This document shows positions 16,762 to 24,165 of a stretch of 36,073 nt of DNA, one piece after another. Position 1 is the first letter of the stretch. Every line of letters begins with the position of its first letter. The translations under genes were made by a program, and so were the position numbers. This stretch comes from an uncultured Candidatus Saccharibacteria bacterium (GTDB lineage: Bacteria > Patescibacteriota > Minisyncoccia > Phycocordibacterales > Phycocordibacteraceae): positions 1 through 36,073 of the forward strand of contig CAYHUS010000001.1 of assembly GCA_964359715.1 (NCBI GenBank), read 5' to 3'. Under the pieces are notes generated by a model that saw only the letters and a program-made list of their open reading frames with translations, ran no database searches and was not told the DNA's origin.

Positions 16762-17196
16762 TTAGTTCATCAAGCGGGCTTTCTTGGCAACTTTTCTGAT
16801 TCCGTTACCAAATCCACTTTTCTCTGCAAACACGGTTGCGCCTGTTAGAACACCTCCGATCTTTGCACCAATTGGTGCACCTATTGGACCAGCAACTGCG
16901 AAGCCAATTCCAGCTCCGATTCCTGCTCCTACAAGCGTACCTGTCGCTGTAGAACCTACTACATCGTTGGTCTTTCGAGCAACCTTTGTGTCAAGAACGC
17001 GCTGTGTAGGACGAACTACGCCTCGGTCAAGAACGACCTCAACACCAGTTCCAACACCCTTGAGAGCCTTGCCTGTGAGTCGGGCTGTACCGCGAACTCC
17101 CTTAGCTGCAAGCTTTGCGCCTTTCCATACTGCGCCTTCAACTGCATCGTTGCTTTTGTTCCAAGCACGACCTACTGCTGTCTCTGATAGAGCCAT
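16762..17196 (-). CDS. glycine-zipper membrane protein, hypothetical
   Basis: 144 aa, with a Gly-x3-Gly-rich C-terminus (GAGIGAGIGFAVAGPIGAPIGAKIGGVLTG). TATAAA lies 5 nt upstream of the ATG. Confidence 0.6.
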   Translation of the reverse strand: MALSETAVGRAWNKSNDAVEGAVWKGAKLAAKGVRGTARLTGKALKGVGTGVEVVLDRGVVRPTQRVLDTKVARKTNDVVGSTATGTLVGAGIGAGIGFAVAGPIGAPIGAKIGGVLTGATVFAEKSGFGNGIRKVAKKARLMN

Positions 17197-17266
17197 ATGT
17201 TTTTATATTATTAATAGGTTAATAAGACCTTACCGCTATACTCCTATATCGGTTACTTGTCAAGCG

Positions 17267-17494
17267 TTACGCTTTTTCGACCCCTCGTACGGTTTCTCGC
17301 TTTCCAAAGTTGTGCTCCGAGCCGCCCCAGCCGTCATAGACCTTGACTTCAAGCCCATGTTTTTGCTCCCACTGCCTGCGTATCTTGGCCCTCTCTGGCC
17401 AATCTAGACTTTGGACCTCCCACGGCCGGTCATGTAACTCTGGCGCAGACTCCATATGTGTATGTACCTTACCCCAAGCTACGAGGAAACGCAT
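17267..17494 (-). CDS. small hypothetical protein (62-75 aa)
   Basis: This is the only ORF filling what would otherwise be a 330-nt gap. The start is uncertain (17494 or 17455) and there is no convincing promoter or Shine-Dalgarno element. Confidence 0.35.
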   Translation of the reverse strand: MRFLVAWGKVHTHMESAPELHDRPWEVQSLDWPERAKIRRQWEQKHGLEVKVYDGWGGSEHNFGKRETVRGVEKA

Positions 17495-17527
17495 CTGAGA
17501 CGGCTTTCTGCTAGACTGCAGTAACCT

Positions 17528-18541
17528 ATGTCTTTTTTCTCCCCTAAGCTCGGTATAGATTTAGGCACTACCACAACCTTGGTGTACCTCCCCAAAAAGG
17601 GCATTGTGCTTAACGAGCCGTCGGTAGTAGCAGTGGGTGAGCATGGGCGTAAAATTCTCGCCATCGGTGCTGACGCCAAAGAGATGATTGGCCGCACACC
17701 CGAGTCAATAATCGCGTATCGTCCAATGAAGGATGGTGTTATCGCAGATTATCGCGTGACCGAGGCGATGCTCCGCTACTACATAAAAAAAGCGCTGGGA
17801 TGGAATATTTTTAAGCCAGACGTGATTGTGTCGGTCCCTGCGGGTGTCACCTCGACTGAGCGGCGCGCCGTGGTTGAGGCGGCACTCAAAGCTGGCGCTC
17901 GAAACGCATACGTTATTAAAGAGCCGATTTTGGCTGCCATTGGTGCCGGCATCCCCATCCACGAGCCACGAGGACACATGGTGGTAGATATTGGCGGCGG
18001 GACAATAGATGTTGCGGTAATCGCACTTGGCGGTATTGTCGCTTCGACGTCGGTCAAGTGTGCGGGAAATAGAATTGACCAAGCAATCGCAGACTACATA
18101 AAGAAGACATACAATCTCGCGATTGGAGACAAGACTGCCGAGGATATAAAAATTGAAGTCGGGTCAGCGGTACCGGTAGAAGAAGAATTGACCATGAGTA
18201 TCAGAGGTCGAGATTTGTTGAGCGGCCTGCCGCGCACGGTTCAAATTGGGACTAACGAGGTGGTGCGCGCAATATCGCGCGAACTTCGCGAGATGATCAA
18301 AGCGATTAGAAATGTGCTTCAAGAGACACCACCTGAGCTTGCCGCTGACATCATTGACCGCGGCATTATTATGACCGGCGGGACATCACAGCTTCGCCAC
18401 TTGCCCGAACTTGTGTTTCGCCGCACTGGTGTGCCGGCGTCACTCGCCAACGAGGCTCCGTTTTGTGTTGCAAAGGGGACTGGTGTCGCGCTTGATCACC
18501 TCGAGGTCTACAAGCGTGCCGCCACCACCAAACGTGGGTAG
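17528..18541 (+). CDS. mreB: rod-shape-determining actin homolog MreB, copy 1
   Basis: LGIDLGTTTTLVY, VVDIGGGTIDVAVI and IIMTGGTSQLRHLPELV are the actin-fold phosphate and adenosine motifs. Confidence 0.9.
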   Translation: MSFFSPKLGIDLGTTTTLVYLPKKGIVLNEPSVVAVGEHGRKILAIGADAKEMIGRTPESIIAYRPMKDGVIADYRVTEAMLRYYIKKALGWNIFKPDVIVSVPAGVTSTERRAVVEAALKAGARNAYVIKEPILAAIGAGIPIHEPRGHMVVDIGGGTIDVAVIALGGIVASTSVKCAGNRIDQAIADYIKKTYNLAIGDKTAEDIKIEVGSAVPVEEELTMSIRGRDLLSGLPRTVQIGTNEVVRAISRELREMIKAIRNVLQETPPELAADIIDRGIIMTGGTSQLRHLPELVFRRTGVPASLANEAPFCVAKGTGVALDHLEVYKRAATTKRG

Positions 18542-18560
18542 GCAAGAGTACAATATATAG

Positions 18561-19226
18561 ATGGAGCTTAAGAGCTTACTAGGTGCTGACCATCTACACC
18601 ACGCGTACATAGTCGTTGGGGGTACTGCCGCCGAAGTTGGCGAGATGCTCAAGGCAAGAGGAGTAGCAGTTACCGCTAACCAAGATTATCTTGCGCTTTC
18701 GTACCATGAGATGTTGATCGAGGACGCACGCACCATAGCGCAGTATGCATTTTTAAAATCTGTAAGTGGTGCAAAATATTTTGTGGTGACACTTACTCGC
18801 GCGGGCGACGCCGCACAGAACGCGCTTCTTAAAGTGATCGAAGAGGCCCCTGGGGACTCGCACTTTTTCTTTGTCGTTCCGCAGTCAGGGGTTTTTATCC
18901 CGACTATTCGCTCGCGCTGTATCGAGGTGTCTGTGCTCGGCAGTGTTGAAGTTGGTGGCGAGGCAGCTGCAGCAAAAGAGTTTTTGTCAGAGAGCATTGG
19001 GGACAGAGTGGCACGCGTTGAGAAAATGTTGAAAGCACTTGAGAAAACTAAAGACAGGAGCGCGGTACGAGAGTTTGTGCGAGAGCTGGTTAGTGTGTCG
19101 CGTGAAAAAAAGGTTGGCCCACACTATCAGCGCTCAATACTTAGCACGCACAACTATCTTTCCCTTACAGGGTCGTCACCAAAGCTGCTTCTTATGCATC
19201 TTGCTAGTACACTCCCGCAGGCATAG
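18561..19226 (+). CDS. holB: DNA polymerase III delta-prime-like protein (short, 221 aa)
   Basis: HAYIVVGG and NALLKVIEEAPGDSHFFFVVPQSGVFIPTIRSRC are the clamp-loader sensor-1/SRC region. There is no P-loop. TACAAT (18549-18554) lies 6 nt upstream of the ATG. Confidence 0.65.
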   Translation: MELKSLLGADHLHHAYIVVGGTAAEVGEMLKARGVAVTANQDYLALSYHEMLIEDARTIAQYAFLKSVSGAKYFVVTLTRAGDAAQNALLKVIEEAPGDSHFFFVVPQSGVFIPTIRSRCIEVSVLGSVEVGGEAAAAKEFLSESIGDRVARVEKMLKALEKTKDRSAVREFVRELVSVSREKKVGPHYQRSILSTHNYLSLTGSSPKLLLMHLASTLPQA

Positions 19227-19228
19227 TT

Positions 19229-19237
19229 TGCTATACT
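19229..19237 (+). promoter_or_regulatory. extended -10 TGcTATACT, 7 nt upstream of the frr ATG
   Basis: gtTTGcTATACTatcgtgtATG. Confidence 0.45.
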
Positions 19238-19244
19238 ATCGTGT

Positions 19245-19796
19245 ATGGCGTATGACTTTTCAAAAATTAAGGCGGCAGTAGCTGCAACCGAGAAGTGGCT
19301 TGCTGATGAGCTCTCGTCTGTGAGGACTGGGCGTGCGACGCCAACCCTACTGGATGCGGTTCAGGTTGAGGTATATGGCTCACGCATGTCACTCATTGAA
19401 GTAGCTTCGATAACGGTTGAGGATGTTCGTTCTTTATATGTAGCTCCGTGGGACAAGTCACAAATCAAGCCGATAGAAAAGGCGATTACGGTTGCCGATC
19501 TTGGTGTTGGTGTTGGGTCAGATGACAAGGGTGTACGCGTCTCCTTTCCCGAGCTTACCGCAGAGCGTCGGCAACAGTTGGTAAAAATTGTACGCGGGAA
19601 GCTTGAAGATGCACGAGTTACGCTTCGCGGCGAGCGGTCGCGCACTATGGACGACATTGATGGAAAGAAAAAAGATGGTGCCATGGGCGAGGATGACGCA
19701 CACCGTGCGAAGGACGAGGTGCAGAAAATAATCGATGCAGGCAACGCAGCGCTCGAGACGCTGGTAGAAAAGAAAGAGAAGGAGCTCAACGGATAA
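19245..19796 (+). CDS. frr: ribosome recycling factor
   Basis: Full-length RRF pattern: LSSVRTGRATPTLLDAVQVEVYG and the SFPELTAERRQQLVK helices. Confidence 0.92.
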   Translation: MAYDFSKIKAAVAATEKWLADELSSVRTGRATPTLLDAVQVEVYGSRMSLIEVASITVEDVRSLYVAPWDKSQIKPIEKAITVADLGVGVGSDDKGVRVSFPELTAERRQQLVKIVRGKLEDARVTLRGERSRTMDDIDGKKKDGAMGEDDAHRAKDEVQKIIDAGNAALETLVEKKEKELNG

Positions 19797-20872
19797 TGTC
19801 GGTCGTACTTTTTATTGTCATTTTGGTGGTCCTTATTGTGGGCCATGAGTTTGGGCATTTTAGCGTGGCCAAGTGGGTGGGTATGCGCGTTGACGAGTTT
19901 GGAGTTGGCTTTCCACCCAAGCTGTGGGCAAAAAAAATTGGCGAGACACTGTACTCAATCAACCTTATTCCATTTGGCGGATTTGTGAGGATCTTTGGCG
20001 AAGACGAGTCAGAGCGTGGCGACCCACGCGCGTTTGCCCGCGCGCCCAAGGTCTCACAAGCTGCGGTTCTAGCGGCAGGACCGTTTATGAATGTGGTCTT
20101 AGGATTTTTTGCTTTTTTTATTGCGTACATGGTGGGGGTGCCTACCATTATTGAAGCCACTGACGACCTTACCCACGTCAGCGAACATCACGTCATTATT
20201 GCTGAGGTGGTGTCCAAGAGCCCCGCAGCTCTAGCTGGCATAGAGGTGGGTGATCGCATCGTGTCTATAGATGGTGAGGCGGTGCTTACTCCAGTTGATA
20301 TTCCGCGCATTGTCGCGATGCAGGGCGGCGAGCGAGAGGTGGTACTTATGCGCGCTGGCGAGGAGCTTACAGTAAGTGCAGCGCCAATACCGGGGATTAT
20401 CCCTGAAGATCCAGACAGGTTTGGGTTTGGCATAGCGACACTGCTGGTCGGGTTTAAATCCCTACCATTTTCTGAGGCGCTTCCTCAGGCACTCATAGAT
20501 ACCGGACAAGGGCTGGTGAGTGTGGTTGAGGGATTGGTCGGACTTATTGTTGGGGCGTTTACACTCTCGTCGTCACTCCAAGACGTCTCGGGGCCAGTGG
20601 GTATCGCGTCTATAGTCGGCGAAGCTGCAATGTTTGGTGTCGGGCAGGTTTTATTGATAGCGGGCATTATCTCGCTCAATCTTGCGGTCATTAATCTCTT
20701 CCCATTCCCCGCGCTTGATGGCGGACGGCTCCTCATGCTTGGCATTGAGGTAGTGCGCGGCAAGGCAATACGAACAGCAACCACTCAAATGATTAACCTT
20801 GCGGGCTTTGTGATCCTCATCACCCTGATGCTCGTCGTCACGTATAACGATATTGTAAAGCTGGTCGGATAG
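19796..20872 (+). CDS. rseP: RIP metalloprotease RseP (site-2 protease, M50)
   Basis: HEFGHF zinc motif in TM1, a central PDZ-like segment, and the C-terminal NLFPFPALDGGR motif. Its ATG overlaps the frr stop by 1 nt. Confidence 0.9.
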   Translation: MSVVLFIVILVVLIVGHEFGHFSVAKWVGMRVDEFGVGFPPKLWAKKIGETLYSINLIPFGGFVRIFGEDESERGDPRAFARAPKVSQAAVLAAGPFMNVVLGFFAFFIAYMVGVPTIIEATDDLTHVSEHHVIIAEVVSKSPAALAGIEVGDRIVSIDGEAVLTPVDIPRIVAMQGGEREVVLMRAGEELTVSAAPIPGIIPEDPDRFGFGIATLLVGFKSLPFSEALPQALIDTGQGLVSVVEGLVGLIVGAFTLSSSLQDVSGPVGIASIVGEAAMFGVGQVLLIAGIISLNLAVINLFPFPALDGGRLLMLGIEVVRGKAIRTATTQMINLAGFVILITLMLVVTYNDIVKLVG

Positions 20873-20883
20873 CGTATTCGGAG

Positions 20884-20889
20884 TACAAT
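20884..20889 (+). promoter_or_regulatory. -10 box TACAAT, 6 nt upstream of the proS ATG
   Basis: ggagTACAATagtgtcATG. Confidence 0.45.
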
Positions 20890-20895
20890 AGTGTC

Positions 20896-22146
20896 ATGCG
20901 ACAGTCAAAGCTCTACACCAAAACTCGTAAAGAAGCGCCTTCAGACGAGGTCGCAAAGAATGCCCAGCTTCTTATCAGAGGCGGTTTTGTCCATAAGGAG
21001 ATGGCAGGAGTGTACTCGTATCTGCCACTCGGCCTTCGCGTCCTCAATAAGATTGAAAACATTATTCGCCATGAGATGAACAACATTGGCGGACAAGAAA
21101 ATAGATTTGCAACGCTCCACCCCTCAGAGCTGTGGAAGCAGACAGGTGCATGGGACACGGTTGATGTTTTGTTTAAGATCATGAGCCGCACCGAGAAGGA
21201 GTACGCCATCGGCCAAAGCGAAGAGGAGATTGCAACACCTATTGCCGCTGAGTATGTGTTGTCGTACAAAGACCTACCGCTCGCGATATATCAAATAGGG
21301 CAGAAGTATCGCGACGAACTCAGAGCAAAAAGCGGGATTATGCGCGGTCGAGAGTTTGGTATGAAGGATATGTACAGCTTTCATGAATCACAAGAGGATT
21401 TTGACCGTTTCTACGCGGTGGTGCAGGAGGCGTATTTTAGAGCATTTGCGGCATGCGGTTTAACTGCAAAGGCAACTGAAGCGTCCGGTGGCGCATTTTC
21501 GGAAAAGCTTTCGTATGAGTTTATGGTGCTCACTGACGCGGGTGAAGATGACATCGTGTACTGCGAGAATTGTTCATACTGCGCTAACGTCGAAGTCGCG
21601 ACAGTGCAAGAAGGTGATGCGTGTCCAAAGTGTTCACAGACATTGAAGAAGGCACGCGCTTCTGAGGTTGGTAATGTGTTTGATCTCGGACACAAGTATC
21701 CCAAGGCGTTTGGATTTACCTTTATGGATGCACAGGGCAACAAGGCGCATCCTGTGGTTGGCTGTTTTGGTTTTGGCACGACGCGTACTATGGGTGTTAT
21801 TGTAGAAAAGTTTGCAGATGAGAAGGGCATGGTGTGGCCAGAGAGCGTGGCGCCATTTCAGGTTCATCTTGTCGAGCTATCGCAGGGTGACACTACTATA
21901 CAAGCGATGGCAGATACCCTCTATACAGATCTACAGAAAGTTGGCATCGAAGTTTTATATGATGATCGCGATGTTCGCGCGGGCGAGAAATTTGCTGATT
22001 CTGATCTAATCGGTATTCCCTATAGAATTGTGGTGGGGAAAAGTACAACACCAGATTCTATCGAGGTGGTGCGCCGTTTAGACGGTCGCGTGACGAAACA
22101 CTCACGCGATGCGATACTGAATGGCACCTATGTTCAAGCTCCCTAA
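20896..22146 (+). CDS. proS: proline--tRNA ligase, bacterial-type but lacking the INS editing domain
   Basis: Bacterial-type N-terminus (MRQSKLYTKTRKEAPSDEVAKNAQLLIRGGF) and class II motifs. It is only 416 aa. A Cys cluster (CENCSYC...CPKC) sits where the INS domain would be. Confidence 0.88.
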   Translation: MRQSKLYTKTRKEAPSDEVAKNAQLLIRGGFVHKEMAGVYSYLPLGLRVLNKIENIIRHEMNNIGGQENRFATLHPSELWKQTGAWDTVDVLFKIMSRTEKEYAIGQSEEEIATPIAAEYVLSYKDLPLAIYQIGQKYRDELRAKSGIMRGREFGMKDMYSFHESQEDFDRFYAVVQEAYFRAFAACGLTAKATEASGGAFSEKLSYEFMVLTDAGEDDIVYCENCSYCANVEVATVQEGDACPKCSQTLKKARASEVGNVFDLGHKYPKAFGFTFMDAQGNKAHPVVGCFGFGTTRTMGVIVEKFADEKGMVWPESVAPFQVHLVELSQGDTTIQAMADTLYTDLQKVGIEVLYDDRDVRAGEKFADSDLIGIPYRIVVGKSTTPDSIEVVRRLDGRVTKHSRDAILNGTYVQAP

Positions 22147-23182
22147 GTCCCTGACTGAACGCTTCTCACGAGAGATCGGCATCGACCTTGGCACCGCAAA
22201 TACGTTGGTATACCTCAAGGGAAAGGGGATTGTTATCACCGAGCCGTCAGTGGTCGCCGTAAATCAAAAGACAGGACAAGTGGTCGCGGTGGGTACGCAG
22301 GCCAAAGACATGCTTGGTCGGACACCCGCACACATTTTGGCAGTGCGTCCTTTGGTTGAAGGTGTTGTCTCTGACTTCGAGGTCACTGAAGAGATGCTCG
22401 CGTACCTTATAAAGAAAGCACAAGGTGAGAAGACTCCGCTTGGACCACGCGTTGTTATTGGTGTTCCATCAGGACTTACCTCAGTTGAGGTTCGCGCGGT
22501 GCGCGACGCTGCGCGTAACGCCGGCGCGCGTGAAGTATATATTATTGAAGAGCCCATGGCCGCGGCGTTGGGTGCACGACTACCCGTCAATGAGCCAGTA
22601 GGCACCATGCTCGTTGATATTGGAGGAGGGACCACAGACATCGCGCTCATCTCGCTTGGCGGCATCGTGCGTTCTAAAAATCTTCGCATTGCTGGTGACA
22701 CGCTTAACCAAGATATTTCTTCATACATACGAAGCGAGTTCAAGATTTTAGTAGGCGAACGCACTGCAGAGGATGTAAAGCTTGCAGTCGGCACTGCACT
22801 CAAACCGTCAGTCCCGCTCACCACTACTATTCGTGGCAGAGATTTGGTCACGGGACTTCCTCGTGAGATTGTTATCACTGACGCCGATGTCCGAGAAGCT
22901 ATTGGAGCATCAGTCGCCTCTATTGTTGAATCAATAAAAGAGGTTATTGAGACGGCACCACCCGAGGTTGTCGCTGACGTTATGCGGTTGGGGATATTCC
23001 TTACTGGAGGAGGGGCGCTCTTGCGCGGCCTCCCAGAACTCATAGAAGAAGAGCTCAAGGTCCCGATTCGGGTTGTTGAGGACCCGCTGACTACGGTCGC
23101 GCGCGGCACCGGGGTCGTGCTTGAGGATCTTGAGAAGTATCGATTTATACTACTAGATGATGATGACGCGATATCGATCTGA
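22130..23182 (+). CDS. mreB: rod-shape-determining actin homolog MreB, copy 2 (heads mreBCD-mrdA)
   Basis: IGIDLGTANTLVY, LVDIGGGTTDIALI, IFLTGGGALLRGLPELI. The start is taken as ATG 22130 (MFKLPKSL), with 22121 also possible. It overlaps the proS 3' end. Confidence 0.9.
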   Translation: MFKLPKSLTERFSREIGIDLGTANTLVYLKGKGIVITEPSVVAVNQKTGQVVAVGTQAKDMLGRTPAHILAVRPLVEGVVSDFEVTEEMLAYLIKKAQGEKTPLGPRVVIGVPSGLTSVEVRAVRDAARNAGAREVYIIEEPMAAALGARLPVNEPVGTMLVDIGGGTTDIALISLGGIVRSKNLRIAGDTLNQDISSYIRSEFKILVGERTAEDVKLAVGTALKPSVPLTTTIRGRDLVTGLPREIVITDADVREAIGASVASIVESIKEVIETAPPEVVADVMRLGIFLTGGGALLRGLPELIEEELKVPIRVVEDPLTTVARGTGVVLEDLEKYRFILLDDDDAISI

Positions 23183-23915
23183 GTGGTGGCGAGCACTCCC
23201 AAGATGGGTGTGGGTAGTCGTGCTTACTCTCTGTGTCGTTATAGTTGTCTTTCTGTCCTATGGGTGGCTGCGCGACAGCATACTTCCTCGTGCTCAATCA
23301 GTGATTCCTGAGTACGCGCTGTATTCGCGAACAACTCTCGAAGAACGGCTCAAAGATAGCGAATCAAATCGACTGCGAACAGAGTACCAAGCACTTTTGT
23401 ATGGGCGCTCGATGCAAAGAATTGACGAACTTGAAAAAGCTCTAGCACTTCGCCCCCTTGAGGCCTATGCTTCTGCTCGAGTCATTGCTCGTCCTCCGCG
23501 CACCCACTTTGATTCGCTCATTATTGATCTGGGCAGTGATGAGGGTGTTGTAGCGGGAGATACCGTGACAGTATTTGGCGTCATGGTGGGGTCAGTGTCG
23601 AGTGTCTCAAACGATACTGCCGTGGTGCAGCTTACGAGTTCCCCTGGGTCGACGCGCGATTTTGAGCTTGGAGAACCAAAAGCAGTGGTAGTCGCTGAAG
23701 GCAAAGGAGGCGGATCGTTTGAAGCATTGGTACCGCGTGATGTTGTGCTTGCTCTGGGCGATGTCGTTACAGACATTGAGAGCGGGTATCCTGGGGCGGT
23801 GGTGCGCGGCGTAGCAAGTTCAACCAGCGATGTAACCAATACGCTGTACCTTTCGCTCCCTGTAGCCTTGATCGACATTTCTATTGTGTCTCTTGTGCAC
23901 GCACGTACACCATGA
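23157..23915 (+). CDS. mreC: rod-shape-determining protein MreC
   Basis: N-terminal TM, a coiled-coil region, then a beta-rich domain (GDTVTVFGVMVGSVSSVSNDTAVVQL). It sits directly after mreB. Confidence 0.75.
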   Translation: MMMTRYRSEWWRALPRWVWVVVLTLCVVIVVFLSYGWLRDSILPRAQSVIPEYALYSRTTLEERLKDSESNRLRTEYQALLYGRSMQRIDELEKALALRPLEAYASARVIARPPRTHFDSLIIDLGSDEGVVAGDTVTVFGVMVGSVSSVSNDTAVVQLTSSPGSTRDFELGEPKAVVVAEGKGGGSFEALVPRDVVLALGDVVTDIESGYPGAVVRGVASSTSDVTNTLYLSLPVALIDISIVSLVHARTP

Positions 23916-24163
23916 TGGCATTCTCAGCACTTGCGCTTTTTGGTTCACTTGTATTTTTCCCATGGTGGGTCTCAGTGGTAGCGGCATGGTGGCTCTCGCA
24001 GTTTCGATACTCGCTCCCGCTTTTGGTTGGATGTGGGTTATTGATGGATCTGTGGTTTGGGTACCCAGTCGACGCGCTCTTTGGCCTTCACTATATCTAT
24101 ACGTGCGTTTTTGCTGGCATGGGTCTCGTTGCTGCAAGTATTCGTACGCGCATTCTTGAATAG
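23912..24163 (+). CDS. mreD: MreD-like small membrane protein
   Basis: 83-aa hydrophobic protein, 4-nt overlap with mreC, followed by mrdA. The call rests on position, and it is shorter than typical MreD. Confidence 0.5.
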   Translation: MMAFSALALFGSLVFFPWWVSVVAAWWLSQFRYSLPLLVGCGLLMDLWFGYPVDALFGLHYIYTCVFAGMGLVAASIRTRILE

Positions 24164-24165
24164 CT

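Noticed and set aside
22264-23202. 312-aa ORF on the minus strand
   Set aside because: It is entirely antisense to the well-supported mreB copy 2, and its Ser/Thr/Pro/Arg-rich composition is typical of the reverse frame of a GC-rich gene. The same applies to 25209..25982 (antisense to mrdA), 16784..17407 (antisense to the Gly-zipper gene), 19361..19858, 12241..12522, 28816..29301 and the other short overlapping ORFs in the track.
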